IMG/VR virus record: IMGVR_UViG_3300037312_000769
Span: 5,059-69,058 of that record
Strand: one strand, 5' to 3'
DNA from: a virus
Length of the DNA: 64,000 nucleotides
The position numbers and the translations under genes are program-made. This document shows positions 34,887 to 44,940 of the stretch, piece after piece (position 1 is the first letter of the stretch; every line of letters begins with the position of its first letter). The notes under the pieces were generated by a model. The model had not been told where the DNA came from. It did not search any database and was given only the letters and a program-made list of their open reading frames with translations.

Positions 34887-35470
34887 GCTGACACCCTGCG
34901 GCGCGACGGCATTGGAAGACGCCCGGCATAATGCTTGATGAGTGCCGCTGTAAGCAGAATGCCGCCAGCGAGAGCTAGAACCACCAGACCAATCACTAGC
35001 ATCACCATCGCGGCATTCGAATCCTTGCTGTTCTTCGGAAACATGAAGTCGACGACATTGCTGAACGCATCGCCAATCCCATCGATTGCGCCGGCCATAT
35101 TGTGAATCTGCGCAAACGTGTTCCACGCTGCGGTACCCATGTTCATCAAGCTTCGTTCGCGGAAAGCAACGATCCATGACTGGATCGTGATGATCAGGCC
35201 AGTTCCGAGAGCAGGAATGATGACGAGCAGATACCAAAGCGAAGCGGCGGCAGTTGCGGCGCGCGGCGGTAGGTAATGCATCTGGAACGCGATAGCGCCC
35301 AGCACGAACAAGATGACGCTACTGAAGCCGATCGCCGCCTGAATCGCGCCACACCAAGCGAGCAACCGAATCGAGCCGCCCAGCGCCTTCGATTCCGCCC
35401 AGATGCCGCCGACCGACCAGCAGTTGAACCAGCTAATACCAAAGTTCAGTGCAAGCAAAAGGATGATCAT
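34883..35470 (-). CDS. polytopic inner-membrane protein (4-5 TM)
   Basis: Hydrophobic helices throughout. Located in the nin-like region after NinG. Confidence 0.5.
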   Translation of the reverse strand: MIILLLALNFGISWFNCWSVGGIWAESKALGGSIRLLAWCGAIQAAIGFSSVILFVLGAIAFQMHYLPPRAATAAASLWYLLVIIPALGTGLIITIQSWIVAFRERSLMNMGTAAWNTFAQIHNMAGAIDGIGDAFSNVVDFMFPKNSKDSNAAMVMLVIGLVVLALAGGILLTAALIKHYAGRLPMPSRRRVSA

Positions 35471-36124
35471 TTACACGTTCTCCGTTTCGAGTTGAATGAC
35501 TTCGTTTCGTTCGGCGATTCGCTTCTCCAGCCGGCGAGCCTTCTTGCTCATCACCTTCTTGAGCCGCTGTAGGTACTCGATCGACCATTTTGGGGTCCAC
35601 TGCATCGATTCGATTTCCTCTACGCGCTTGATCGTGATTCGCTCAACCAGCCCCTTCCTGTATTCGACCGTGTTTGATCCGAGGTCACGATTGCACCGTT
35701 TGCATTGGAGATGGATATTCGGCAGATAGAAGCGCATGTGCGGTGCGCTACCAACCGAGCGAAAGTGACCGGCATCCATTGCGCCGCCGAACCTTGCGTT
35801 AGGGCGCGCCCCGCACGAGATGCAACCGTGGCCGGCGAGAATGTCACGTAGACGCGCCACCTTGTTCACCACAGCCTGCGCCTCCGCGATCCATTCGCGG
35901 CGCGTCTTGAGCTTGGCTCTGCGCTCGGCCAGCGACTTTCGCTCGTCGCGCTGGGACCGCGCTTCCTTCTGTGCTCGTTGTTTGGCTGCCAGCGCCAATC
36001 CGCAAGCAGGCGAGCAGACCGACTGCATTGAGCGAGCCGGGACGAAAACGGCGCGGCACTGGCGACATTTGCGGGGTTTTATGGAGGCGCGAATCACTTC
36101 CAATCCGTCCAGTGCTTGCCGCAA
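35471..36124 (-). CDS. ninG: NinG/Rap-like recombination protein
   Basis: CISCGA...DAGHF...HLQCKRCN cysteine/histidine pattern of the lambda NinG family. Located in the nin region. Confidence 0.6.
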   Translation of the reverse strand: MRQALDGLEVIRASIKPRKCRQCRAVFVPARSMQSVCSPACGLALAAKQRAQKEARSQRDERKSLAERRAKLKTRREWIAEAQAVVNKVARLRDILAGHGCISCGARPNARFGGAMDAGHFRSVGSAPHMRFYLPNIHLQCKRCNRDLGSNTVEYRKGLVERITIKRVEEIESMQWTPKWSIEYLQRLKKVMSKKARRLEKRIAERNEVIQLETENV

Positions 36125-36309
36125 TCAAGGCACTCGCAATCGTCCCAATAGCTGTCATCCGCCGCACACCAATTACCCGTATTGCTTTTTGCTGTGCGGC
36201 GTACGTCGGCATGCGGACAGTTGCTGCGTAAAACGGCCAAGTCGTTCTGCACAGTTGTTAGGCGACGCTCCAATTGCGCTCGCTTTCTCTGGATTGCATT
36301 CATTCTCAC
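36094..36309 (-). CDS. small zinc-ribbon protein
   Basis: CPH...CxxC pattern; 71 aa. Confidence 0.35.
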   Translation of the reverse strand: MRMNAIQRKRAQLERRLTTVQNDLAVLRSNCPHADVRRTAKSNTGNWCAADDSYWDDCECLDCGKHWTDWK

Positions 36310-36644
36310 CCCACCACCCGATAGTGTTTCCCGGCGATGTGCTCAAGGATCGGCTGCTTTTCCTCTTCCCAAATGCACTCGCCGGGTTCGTTTAGACGAC
36401 GGCCGCCTTGAGCCCAGCGCGTTACGGCATGCCAGAACGGTGACTTCTCGCCGGGCTCCCGCTTCATGGGGTCGCCGTGCTTGTTGAGAGGGATCGGTCC
36501 GCAGTAGTGATGCATTTCGAAAGTCCAGCGCTTACCCTTGGCGTCGATGATCGTGCGGGTGGGGCCGGCGAAGGAGATGTGAAGGGGGAAAGTCATGCTG
36601 AACCTCGGATTTCGTCGTATCCCTGAGCGGATGGCTCGCTCCAC
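36306..36644 (-). CDS. hypothetical protein
   Basis: 112-aa ORF with 4-bp coupling to the next gene. Confidence 0.35.
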   Translation of the reverse strand: MERAIRSGIRRNPRFSMTFPLHISFAGPTRTIIDAKGKRWTFEMHHYCGPIPLNKHGDPMKREPGEKSPFWHAVTRWAQGGRRLNEPGECIWEEEKQPILEHIAGKHYRVVG

Positions 36645-37060
36645 TTCACATCGCGCTCGCCGCCGAAGGCATACATCAACTCGACTAGATCACTCATCTC
36701 GCGGATCGTCATGTTTCGCGTGCGAGCGCCGATGACAACGAAGCCGCCGTCGATACCTGGCACGGCTTTCTGCTTCTTTTGCGCCGCCGTCAGCACGTCT
36801 TTCCACTCCTCGGACGTCAAGCGATGGCCGTACCATTCGACTTGGCGCGAGAGATCGGCGAGCATTGCCCACATCTTGGCGTTTTGATCGAGCGATCGCG
36901 TGCGGGGCTTGATCTCCACGACATAGCCATCCGGTGCCTGAATACAGGCGCGCGATGCCATCTGGCGAGCGGTGGCATGCACTAGCCTGAAAACCTGTTT
37001 GTCGCTCATTTCGCCCTCACCGATCCAGTCTTCACCCATCGCGCAATCCCGAGCTCGCAC
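36593..37060 (-). CDS. ninB: NinB/Orf-family recombination mediator
   Basis: KPRTRSLDQNAKMWAMLADLS motif characteristic of lambda NinB. Confidence 0.6.
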   Translation of the reverse strand: MRARDCAMGEDWIGEGEMSDKQVFRLVHATARQMASRACIQAPDGYVVEIKPRTRSLDQNAKMWAMLADLSRQVEWYGHRLTSEEWKDVLTAAQKKQKAVPGIDGGFVVIGARTRNMTIREMSDLVELMYAFGGERDVKWSEPSAQGYDEIRGSA

Positions 37061-37272
37061 GCGCTCGTCAACGCAACTCCATTAGCCATGCCGCGATGCG
37101 TTATTCGATTCCCGCAGCCGCACCAGCATTGCTTGCGGCGCCCGGGGCGCTTCTCTAGTGGTTCGCTGTAGCGAATGTGATTGGCGGATGATCCGTATCG
37201 GCCCCACAGTTCGGTGCCACCGCGCATAGCCGCGGAGAGCGCCTGGCGACTGAGATTATTGAGGTCAGTCAC
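37006..37272 (-). CDS. hypothetical Cys-rich small protein
   Basis: CWCGCG motif; 88 aa. Confidence 0.3.
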   Translation of the reverse strand: MTDLNNLSRQALSAAMRGGTELWGRYGSSANHIRYSEPLEKRPGRRKQCWCGCGNRITHRGMANGVALTSACELGIARWVKTGSVRAK

Positions 37273-37547
37273 GCCGTCACCCGAACCGGTTCATTCGGCC
37301 TCACATAAGGAGCCGGAGTAGGGCTAGGCTTGTGCTCGTCGCAATACTCGCGGCCTTCGTGAGTCCAGTGCGCTTTAACGCGCGGGCCGAGCTTTCGGCA
37401 CTCGCAGCAATAGCGCCATCCGCCGCGCTCGACCATGTCTTTAGTGATGCGCTTCATGCTGCCTCCAATTCGTCGTCGTGCAAATGCTTGATGACGCGAC
37501 CAGGCCTCCCTTGCGGAACGGTTACGAGACCGGCTGCGGCCATCCAT
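37269..37547 (-). CDS. hypothetical zinc-binding small protein
   Basis: CCECRK...CDEH motif; 92 aa. Confidence 0.3.
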   Translation of the reverse strand: MDGRSRSRNRSAREAWSRHQAFARRRIGGSMKRITKDMVERGGWRYCCECRKLGPRVKAHWTHEGREYCDEHKPSPTPAPYVRPNEPVRVTA

Positions 37548-37996
37548 GGATTGACTGCTCGCGTATTCTTTGCGGCCTGGGTTCGCCTCACGAATGGCGC
37601 CGGCACGTCTGGTTCATCTCCGAACTTCCAGACAGCCTGCCAATGGCCTTTGCCAACCGGCGGCCTCCAGTCGCTCACATAAATCTCATGACGATGTAGC
37701 GCGATCAGCTCGGCGCCACGCTGCTTGCTGAACCCAAACTGCGCGGCGATTTCATATGTCGTCAACCCCGTTGTCCCGATCTTTTCCTTGATGCGGTCCC
37801 ATGTGGGCGTCGGGCGATATTCACCCTTGCGAGAAGGGCGAAGTAGATGCAGAACCTTTTGCGCATGTGCCCGGATAGCTTTCGGCGTATGGCGCGGCAA
37901 CATGGCGTAGAGATCGGTCAGAGAAATGTCTGTCTCGTAGTGCTCAAGTAGGATTCGTTGCTCACTGAGAAGCCATAAAACATGGGTAGTTTTCAT
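37454..37996 (-). CDS. hypothetical HTH-containing protein
   Basis: 180-aa ORF in the early operon. Confidence 0.4.
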   Translation of the reverse strand: MKTTHVLWLLSEQRILLEHYETDISLTDLYAMLPRHTPKAIRAHAQKVLHLLRPSRKGEYRPTPTWDRIKEKIGTTGLTTYEIAAQFGFSKQRGAELIALHRHEIYVSDWRPPVGKGHWQAVWKFGDEPDVPAPFVRRTQAAKNTRAVNPWMAAAGLVTVPQGRPGRVIKHLHDDELEAA

Positions 37997-38466
37997 GCCG
38001 CCTCCGCATAAACGTCGCCGCTCGAAACGCGTCGATAAACCTCATTGATTGCCGCCCGGATTTCTCCGCGCTCGGCTATCCGAATCTGTTGGTCGTGGAT
38101 TTCCAGTGCGGTACGCATCGCTGCAATCCCGTCCCCGTCGAACGCCCAGGATCCGGTTTGTTGCTGGCGATACTTGCAGCGCATCAAGGCCCGCATACCA
38201 GCTTTAATTTCGGCTTCGAACTCGGCGCCGAATCCGCGCTCGCACAGAATCAAGCAGACGTTCAGAGTGGCTGCGAGCGCATGCCATGCTTCCTCGGATC
38301 CGCCGTTGAGCATCGTTTCAAAGGAAAGGTGGTAGGCAAGACCAAGATCGCGCTGTTGGCTATCGGTCAGCGGAGAGGCTTCAACTCGCGCGCCATGCAC
38401 GGCGATCGTGCGGCGTAGCCATTTGTTCGGGTCGTACTTGCGACGCGGCTTCTTACTCTTGCTCAC
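37993..38466 (-). CDS. hypothetical protein
   Basis: 157-aa ORF with 4-bp coupling. Confidence 0.35.
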   Translation of the reverse strand: MSKSKKPRRKYDPNKWLRRTIAVHGARVEASPLTDSQQRDLGLAYHLSFETMLNGGSEEAWHALAATLNVCLILCERGFGAEFEAEIKAGMRALMRCKYRQQQTGSWAFDGDGIAAMRTALEIHDQQIRIAERGEIRAAINEVYRRVSSGDVYAEAA

Positions 38467-38834
38467 GCGACCTCCCTTGAGTACGCCCCGAACAACGCGA
38501 CGTCTTGAGGATGACGATGAATTTCGAATTCGACCGGCTGACGCGACACGAACGCTTCTTCATCGACGCCAAGATCGAAGACACGGGCCATCGAATGATT
38601 CTTTCCTACCGGACGCCTATCGGGGAGCATGCGCATTACTCCGCCTCGCCTCAGCCGGGTTATTGCCAACTCCGCGGTCGCTCGGACCAAGCGCGTCGTC
38701 GCGGTCAGTTGCTCGAGCGACATAGGTCCATGCTTCTCAAGCGCCGCAATAACCTTGGCGTCCGTCTCCTGGCGTTGCTTGGTTTGGAGCCGGTTTGGTT
38801 TCTTGCTCATGCCGCACCTTTTCGGTTTTCCCAT
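38463..38834 (-). CDS. hypothetical winged-helix-like protein
   Basis: 123-aa basic protein. Confidence 0.35.
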   Translation of the reverse strand: MGKPKRCGMSKKPNRLQTKQRQETDAKVIAALEKHGPMSLEQLTATTRLVRATAELAITRLRRGGVMRMLPDRRPVGKNHSMARVFDLGVDEEAFVSRQPVEFEIHRHPQDVALFGAYSREVA

Positions 38835-39028
38835 ATCTGCGCTAGCCCATCACGAATCTGTTGCGCCGCGCCTTTCCCGAATGCTTTCTCGATGTTGGCG
38901 ATGTAGATGCGACGCTTGTCCAAAGGCCATTCGGCGATTTCTTCTAGCACCGCTTGCAGTTGGGTTGGGTCGGTTATCACGCTGCCTTCCTCGAGCCTCT
39001 GTGGCTCTCCCAGTCGAACGCGACCCAA
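38807..39028 (-). CDS. hypothetical small protein
   Basis: 73-aa ORF. Confidence 0.3.
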   Translation of the reverse strand: MGRVRLGEPQRLEEGSVITDPTQLQAVLEEIAEWPLDKRRIYIANIEKAFGKGAAQQIRDGLAQIWENRKGAA

Positions 39029-39756
39029 ATGCCACCCTCGCGGAGCCGGTCGAAACTGCGCTCACCCAGGAATTCCTTCATGCCCTTGGAGCCGAGGTTT
39101 GTCAGCAGAACTGTGGGCATTAAATCTCGGTAGCGTCGGTTCAGGACGTCGAACAGGATCACTTGCTCGCCTTCAGTGCCGTACTGAACGCCGATCTCGT
39201 CGATGATGAGCAGACTGACCGTCGACAGCTCGTGCAGGACGGCGCTCTCCGTCATTTCCGAGTCGCGACGCCACGTATCTCGGACCATGCGGACCAAGTC
39301 CAGCGCGTTCAGGTACAAGACCGTCCCAGTCTTCATGACGATCATCCCGGCAGCGATGGCAAGATGGCTTTTGCCGGTTCCGGGCTTGCCAGAGAACACG
39401 ACCGTCGTACCCGTTTGCAGGTGGTCGTCAAAATTCGCTGCGAAGTCGGCGGCGATTTGCAAAGCGTTTCTCTTCCCTTCCGTGTCCGCGACGAAGTTCT
39501 CGAAGGTGCGATCGCGGAAGCGCAGAGGAATGCCCGATTGGCTCAAGCGCTGCTCCATCCGGCGCTGACGCTGCTGCTCGCGCTCCTTCTGTTCCTGGGC
39601 TTCGGTTTCAGCCTGACGGGCTGCGTTGCACTGCGGGCAACCAGACCATTTCGGCACTCGCATACCGAACGGCAGAACGACTCCGCGATCCTCAAACAGG
39701 CCATGCACGCCGCATTCGCCCTGGCGGGTCTGGTGCTGTAGATCAAAAGCTCCCAT
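38977..39756 (-). CDS. DnaC/IstB-like AAA+ helicase loader
   Basis: Walker A FSGKPGTGKSHLA, Walker B LLIIDEIG, and an N-terminal CxxC zinc motif. Confidence 0.7.
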   Translation of the reverse strand: MGAFDLQHQTRQGECGVHGLFEDRGVVLPFGMRVPKWSGCPQCNAARQAETEAQEQKEREQQRQRRMEQRLSQSGIPLRFRDRTFENFVADTEGKRNALQIAADFAANFDDHLQTGTTVVFSGKPGTGKSHLAIAAGMIVMKTGTVLYLNALDLVRMVRDTWRRDSEMTESAVLHELSTVSLLIIDEIGVQYGTEGEQVILFDVLNRRYRDLMPTVLLTNLGSKGMKEFLGERSFDRLREGGIWVAFDWESHRGSRKAA

Positions 39757-40534
39757 CGGGATTCACTCCATCGCGGTAATCGATTTTGTCGAAGCCGCCG
39801 TGACGGCTTTCCTTTGCGGCCTTGGCAAACTCGCCGCGGAGCGGGAAAAAGCCGCTCCAACTGCTCATGATCGATTGCTCGATCACCAGCTTCGGGTCAT
39901 TCCCGCTAGCCCGTAGTTCGTCCAACTTCTTGACGGCAAGACGCACCGCCGCCTCACCCATCGGCTTTCGAATCTGCTTGCGCATGGCGAGGAAGTCAGA
40001 CCACGTATCGGCAGGGATCCATGCAGGCAACTCAAGGCGCGGCTCGCCCGCGCTTTTATCTAAACCGTTAGGTTTAGATATATGGTTACTGGTTACTGGT
40101 TTCGCTTTTTTCTGGCCCCCCGACTGGGTATACGAAACGGAACCCACTGGGTTATCCACTGGGTTATTTTTTGGTTTAGGCGGTCGCCCACCCTTGCCGC
40201 CGTTCAAGCGATTTTTCTCGGCCTCTTCGTTGTAGGCGAGGATCTGCTCTTCGATCTTTGCCTGGAACAGTTGTCCATCTACTTTCTCGAAGAATTGCTG
40301 GGAAACCTTATCCACAGCGGCTCTTTCCTGTTCCGAGAATGCGCCGGCAATGCGGCACAACTCATCCAAGTCAGCCGGGAGCGGCGTCTCGGTGGAGTAG
40401 TAGTAGTCCATCAACTCGTTGTAAGCACCTTTTTCCGCGAGGCTCAAACGCTTCGTGGCCGTTGCAAAATCGCCGAGGTGCTTGCTGAAATACTTCATCT
40501 GGCTTTGGCCTTGGGAATCTTCTGGCATACCCAA
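39743..40534 (-). CDS. replication initiation/primosomal protein (DUF1376 YdaU-like N-domain)
   Basis: MKYFSKHLGDFATATKRLSLAEKGAYNELMDYYY N-terminus, upstream of the DnaC-like gene. Confidence 0.55.
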   Translation of the reverse strand: MGMPEDSQGQSQMKYFSKHLGDFATATKRLSLAEKGAYNELMDYYYSTETPLPADLDELCRIAGAFSEQERAAVDKVSQQFFEKVDGQLFQAKIEEQILAYNEEAEKNRLNGGKGGRPPKPKNNPVDNPVGSVSYTQSGGQKKAKPVTSNHISKPNGLDKSAGEPRLELPAWIPADTWSDFLAMRKQIRKPMGEAAVRLAVKKLDELRASGNDPKLVIEQSIMSSWSGFFPLRGEFAKAAKESRHGGFDKIDYRDGVNPDGSF

Positions 40535-40634
40535 AAATAACCCAGTGGGTTTTACTGACTCACGCCGTTTCCGGCACGGATTTCTCTCTTCTGATGCACT
40601 TCAAGCTTCGATAGGCGGCGGGGTGTGGAAGTGG

Positions 40635-41642
40635 TCATGCGGACTCCGCCTCTGCCGGTTCTTCGAAGAACAAGTCGGCGTTTTGCCGATCGAACTCTCG
40701 TCCGTCTGCTGCCGCCTGAACGTTCTTGACTGCCTGCCGGTAGTAGGAGGCCTTGAGTTCGACGCCGACGCCCTTTCGGCCCTTCAAGACAGGCACGTAG
40801 ACCTCGGAGCCAACACCCATGAACGGCGTAAAAACGGTATCGCCCGGATTGCTGCGAAGCATTACGGCGCGCTCGATCACGTCAAGCTGCAGCGGATGGA
40901 CGTGCTTCTCGTCTTCGCTGTCGCGGGCCTCCCGATAGGGGAGTACTCGGTTAAAGCGAATGTCGTCCCACATGCAATCGGCGTACTGACGCCAGATCCA
41001 TTGCGAGAACTTGTTTTCAGTCTGCTTTCCAGTCCATCCTCGATAGCTCAGGATGTCGTTGGGCGGCTTGCGTTCGCCGGCATACTCCATCAGTCCGACC
41101 GGATGATGGACGGGCACAGGGTTCTTGCCGGTGCGACGGAACAGCAGTAGGTAATCGCCCGAAGCAATCCCGCAGTCGATCGAATCAGCTACGCACGATG
41201 CGTGAGCGAGATTCTTCTGCATCGTGCGTAGGCGAACCTCGAGCGGCTCCTTCCAGATCATGTGGCGTCCGGCATACGCGAAGCCTTCTTCGGCGTGCAA
41301 ACGGATGATGTCGCCAGGGAAGTCGATGTAACTGTCGGTACCGCTATTCGACTTCGGGATATCCATGCAATGCACGCACGACATGCGGCCCGGCATCGTG
41401 ATCCGCGAGAGTTCACGCACGATGAATCGGTACTGCTCGAAGAATTGCTCGTAGCTATCGCAGTTCGATAGATCGCGTTCGCTGCTCGAATACACATACA
41501 GGCCGCCCGCCCCAGAGCTGGCGAACGGCGGCGAGTACACCGAGAGACCGACCGATGCCGGCGGCATTTCCTGCATCACTTCCATGCAATCCGATTGGTA
41601 GATTGCAAAGCGGTCGGTGATCAGTTGATCGTTGCAAGCCAT
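40635..41642 (-). CDS. DNA N6-adenine/N4-cytosine methyltransferase (beta class)
   Basis: SPPF (DPPY-type) catalytic motif near the N-terminus and an FxGxG motif (TPFMGVGSE) near the C-terminus. Confidence 0.7.
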   Translation of the reverse strand: MACNDQLITDRFAIYQSDCMEVMQEMPPASVGLSVYSPPFASSGAGGLYVYSSSERDLSNCDSYEQFFEQYRFIVRELSRITMPGRMSCVHCMDIPKSNSGTDSYIDFPGDIIRLHAEEGFAYAGRHMIWKEPLEVRLRTMQKNLAHASCVADSIDCGIASGDYLLLFRRTGKNPVPVHHPVGLMEYAGERKPPNDILSYRGWTGKQTENKFSQWIWRQYADCMWDDIRFNRVLPYREARDSEDEKHVHPLQLDVIERAVMLRSNPGDTVFTPFMGVGSEVYVPVLKGRKGVGVELKASYYRQAVKNVQAAADGREFDRQNADLFFEEPAEAESA

Positions 41643-43042
41643 TCGGGCACCTGTTGCTGTTTGGCGAACGTCGTCACGCGATCAATGGACATCGCGTTTC
41701 GCATTTCGGTTGTGAGAGCAGTGAACATGCGGTCAGCTTGTTCGGCTTTGCGCTGCATGTTGGCGAGCACGCCGCGGCCACCTTCGGTCGTGATCAGGTC
41801 GACCTTGACAGGACCCACTCGACCGAAGCGCCAGCAGCGACGTACGCCCTGGTAGTACTGTTCGTAAGAGTGGCTCGGGAAATCGGTGATATGCCCGCAG
41901 TGCTGGAAGTTGAGGCCCCACGCGCCGATCTTCTTTTTCGTGATCAGGCCGCGTACCTTGCCTTCGGCGAAGGCAAGCATCTTTTCTTCTTTCGCTTCGT
42001 CGCAATCCTTGCCAGAAACCTGAACGGCATCGGGAATCGAGCGCTCGAGCAAATCGCCTTCGTCGTTCAGGTCGCACCACGTCAGGAACGGTTCGCCGGA
42101 GCCATTTACAAGCGAAGCAACCTTCGCGCAGCGTTCGTCGAGCGTGCGGCGGCGTTCTTCGCGTTGCTCCTTCAGGCCAACGGCCGGCAGTGCGAACAGC
42201 ATTCCATCGGCCAGAGAGTTCGCCTCGACCAGATGCTCGTTTTCGACAAGTTCCGGCAATGCAAAACGTGTATCGTCGAATCCGAGGTCGGACGGCTTGC
42301 GGATTGCGCGCGCCCACGAACACACCCAGCGCCAGAACGGCTGTTCGGCATGGCCCTTGAGGCGCCACTTGATGACCTCACCGCGCATGCGACCTTGCGC
42401 CGAGTTGTTCAGGTCATTCTTGAAGAATCGGTTCAGCATGTCCATGTAGCCGAGATAACCCAGCGCTTCGGACGTGGTGCCGAGCTCGATGTAATCGTTC
42501 GGCGCGGCCGTGGCTGTGGCCAGCAATCGGTATTCGAGCTTGCGGAGAAACACGGTCACTTCGGAGCGACGCTGGCCGGCGAACGACTTGATGATGCTGG
42601 ACTCATCGCCCACGAATCCGACGAAATCAGTAGCATGGAACTTGTGCAGGCACTCGTAGTTCGTGACGGTGATACCGCGGTGTGCGGTACCGTCACGCGA
42701 AAGCGTGACCTCAATGCCGAACTTCTTCGCCTCACGCACGATCTGTTGTGCGACTACCAGTGGGGCCGCGATCAGCACATTGCCGCTCGTATGCATGACG
42801 ACGTTCTGAGCGAACACGAGTTCGATTGGAGTCTTACCAAGCCCGCAATCAGCGAGGATTGCGCTTCGTCCATTGCGGAGCGCCCAGTCGGCAAGTTCAG
42901 CCTGGAAATCGAACAAGAAATCCGGCATCCAGAGCGGCTTGAATCCGCCGGCGCTCGCAGCTTGCGATTTGGCGCGGAGAAACGTGCCGTAATTGAGATG
43001 GCTCACACCAACCCCCAGGCCCGCGCCATAACAGACCACCAC
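41621..43042 (-). CDS. SNF2/DEAD-like superfamily-2 helicase
   Basis: ADCGLGKT Walker A, GDESS DExx box and helicase C-terminal motifs. GTG start. Confidence 0.7.
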   Translation of the reverse strand: MVVCYGAGLGVGVSHLNYGTFLRAKSQAASAGGFKPLWMPDFLFDFQAELADWALRNGRSAILADCGLGKTPIELVFAQNVVMHTSGNVLIAAPLVVAQQIVREAKKFGIEVTLSRDGTAHRGITVTNYECLHKFHATDFVGFVGDESSIIKSFAGQRRSEVTVFLRKLEYRLLATATAAPNDYIELGTTSEALGYLGYMDMLNRFFKNDLNNSAQGRMRGEVIKWRLKGHAEQPFWRWVCSWARAIRKPSDLGFDDTRFALPELVENEHLVEANSLADGMLFALPAVGLKEQREERRRTLDERCAKVASLVNGSGEPFLTWCDLNDEGDLLERSIPDAVQVSGKDCDEAKEEKMLAFAEGKVRGLITKKKIGAWGLNFQHCGHITDFPSHSYEQYYQGVRRCWRFGRVGPVKVDLITTEGGRGVLANMQRKAEQADRMFTALTTEMRNAMSIDRVTTFAKQQQVPEWLATIN

Positions 43043-43069
43043 AAGAAGAATGCTGTCATTGGGTGCATG

Positions 43070-43405
43070 TCAGTTCGCCGTCCATTTCCAGATCGTTATG
43101 GGGCTACGAGAGACGATCGCGATGTAGCCGATTTTGCGATGCCGCTGGATCAATCGATCAGCGGCGCGCATGCAGATGTTTCCGCGGTCGTTCGAATCGC
43201 ACGGATGGCCAGTACTCGGCTTTGCGTCAGCTGGAATTCGTCGATGGAATTCGCCTTCGATTTCACTTGCGGTGAACGTCGTCCGCTTCATTCGATCAAT
43301 AACGGCGAGCTCGATATCGGGCGCGATGGTGTAGCCGAGGACTTTCATGCTGCCTCCACCGACGAATGCGCCGATTGATACTCGGCCCACTTTTGCGCGA
43401 TCCAT
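43070..43405 (-). CDS. hypothetical protein
   Basis: 111-aa ORF. Confidence 0.3.
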   Translation of the reverse strand: MDRAKVGRVSIGAFVGGGSMKVLGYTIAPDIELAVIDRMKRTTFTASEIEGEFHRRIPADAKPSTGHPCDSNDRGNICMRAADRLIQRHRKIGYIAIVSRSPITIWKWTAN

Positions 43406-44076
43406 TGAACGCCTCGCGGAGTAAAGAGAGATTGCGTGAAGGCCCGCTCATTGCCTCCGATGCCGGTCTTCACGACGAAACGGCCGGCGTGCTGGTGATG
43501 CGCGTACGCGGTCAGCCGGCCATTCAGGCGGTACATGATTTCCGTGCCGACCAGGAAGGCGACGAATTCGCGCTCGTTGGCGTCGAGCAGCTTGACAACT
43601 TCACGCACGCCCTTGTTGCCCTCAGCCGTCGCGTACTTGTCGACGAAGGCGACCTTGGGCGCCTGCTCAACCAACTTCGCCTCGGCCGCTAGTGCGCACT
43701 GCTCAGATTCGAGCGCGAGCTGCAGGATTTCGAGACGCGAAAGTTGCGGCACGACGGGCTTGGACGCGGCATCGACCAACTCGCGAAATGCGTGAATCAA
43801 ACGCTTCTTGAAACCGCGCACGACTTCGCTGTTGCGCATGTAGGTCAGAAGGAGCGTCGCTTGGTCCTCGTTGAGGTACGCAATCTCGCGACTTTGCCGA
43901 CCGCCAGCCGTTTCGAAGGGTTCGATTTCAAATCGCACCCCTCCGAACTCCTGGAAGTCAGCCAAATACTCACGCACGAGCCGGATCACGGAGGCGTGCT
44001 CATTCTTCGTGCCGCCAGCTACGACTGCGGTCGTAGTGACGCACTCATTACCGTCGAGCTTGACGAGATCGTTCAT
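43345..44076 (-). CDS. phage regulatory protein Rha family (antirepressor) with a C-terminal extension
   Basis: N-terminal core is paralogous to 3338..3835 (HASVIRLVREY...GGVRFEIE...YLNEDQATLLLTYM). Confidence 0.6.
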   Translation of the reverse strand: MNDLVKLDGNECVTTTAVVAGGTKNEHASVIRLVREYLADFQEFGGVRFEIEPFETAGGRQSREIAYLNEDQATLLLTYMRNSEVVRGFKKRLIHAFRELVDAASKPVVPQLSRLEILQLALESEQCALAAEAKLVEQAPKVAFVDKYATAEGNKGVREVVKLLDANEREFVAFLVGTEIMYRLNGRLTAYAHHQHAGRFVVKTGIGGNERAFTQSLFTPRGVQWIAQKWAEYQSAHSSVEAA

Positions 44077-44579
44077 GCCGCCCTCGCATGCCCCATAGCG
44101 GCCAGTTGTTCGGCCACCTTGCGGGCAATGATTGATTCCATGGTGTCGTTTTGCTCAAGCAACTCAGCGAACTTTGCTTCCTCCATTTCGCGGAATTGCT
44201 TGATAGCCCAGTTCGAACACAGGTGTTGAAGAAGCGTCTCCTGGTCACTGGATAGCTTGGCAAGGTTCATCTTTACCTTGGCAAGCTGGGCTCGCTTGAG
44301 CCCGAGATAGGCGGCGATCTCGCCCTCTTGCATCTTGCGGATGCGCCGATCAAGACAGAGCCGCACCGCGTCCGTGTAGTCCTTGCACGACTCGATCAAT
44401 GCATCGTCGAGACGACGGGGGCCGGGGATTGACGTAAGTACGGGCAGCGCTGCTTGAACCCGGTCATAGAGAGAATTCATCGTGTCGCCTTGGTGTTCCT
44501 GTTGTTTCTTCTTGAGATTCCGGTAGGAAACGGGGCCAAATAAAGGCGTCCAAACGGACGCCGATACAACAACCAACAA
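44073..44579 (-). CDS. cII-like HTH transcriptional regulator (candidate)
   Basis: HTH AAYLGLKRAQLAKVKM. First gene after cro in the rightward early operon. Confidence 0.35.
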   Translation of the reverse strand: MLVVVSASVWTPLFGPVSYRNLKKKQQEHQGDTMNSLYDRVQAALPVLTSIPGPRRLDDALIESCKDYTDAVRLCLDRRIRKMQEGEIAAYLGLKRAQLAKVKMNLAKLSSDQETLLQHLCSNWAIKQFREMEEAKFAELLEQNDTMESIIARKVAEQLAAMGHARAA

Positions 44580-44617
44580 GAACCGCTATGCCTTCCTACT
44601 TCATCTTTGCCGTCGAA

Positions 44618-44929
44618 CTACCGGGCTCGAGCTTCCTTGGTCTTGCGAACCGAACCACCGGTCGGAGGCTGGGCGTCGTCACTCGCTTTTGCCCGATCGA
44701 TCTTTTCGTCGTCGAGGGGAGGCCACCCCACCAAGTCCTCACGACTTTCTCCGGTCAGTTGCGCGAGCCTCGTACAATGCTGGGGCGGCACGCGGCCAGA
44801 CAGTCGCCATTGCTGGATGACCTGATAACCAGATACGTCCAGCTGGCGAGCCATTTCAGAAAGCGAGCCGAAGTGCGCGATGGCGCGTTCGAGCGCTTCA
44901 TTCTTTGGGGTTGGCTTGGTGGTGTTCAT
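44618..44929 (-). CDS. cro: Cro/YdaS-like HTH repressor
   Basis: Divergent from cI. HTH in LERAIAHFGSLSEMARQLDVSGYQVIQQW. Internal ATG at 44927-44929. Confidence 0.55.
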   Translation of the reverse strand: MNTTKPTPKNEALERAIAHFGSLSEMARQLDVSGYQVIQQWRLSGRVPPQHCTRLAQLTGESREDLVGWPPLDDEKIDRAKASDDAQPPTGGSVRKTKEARAR

Positions 44930-44940
44930 GAGTGACGATT

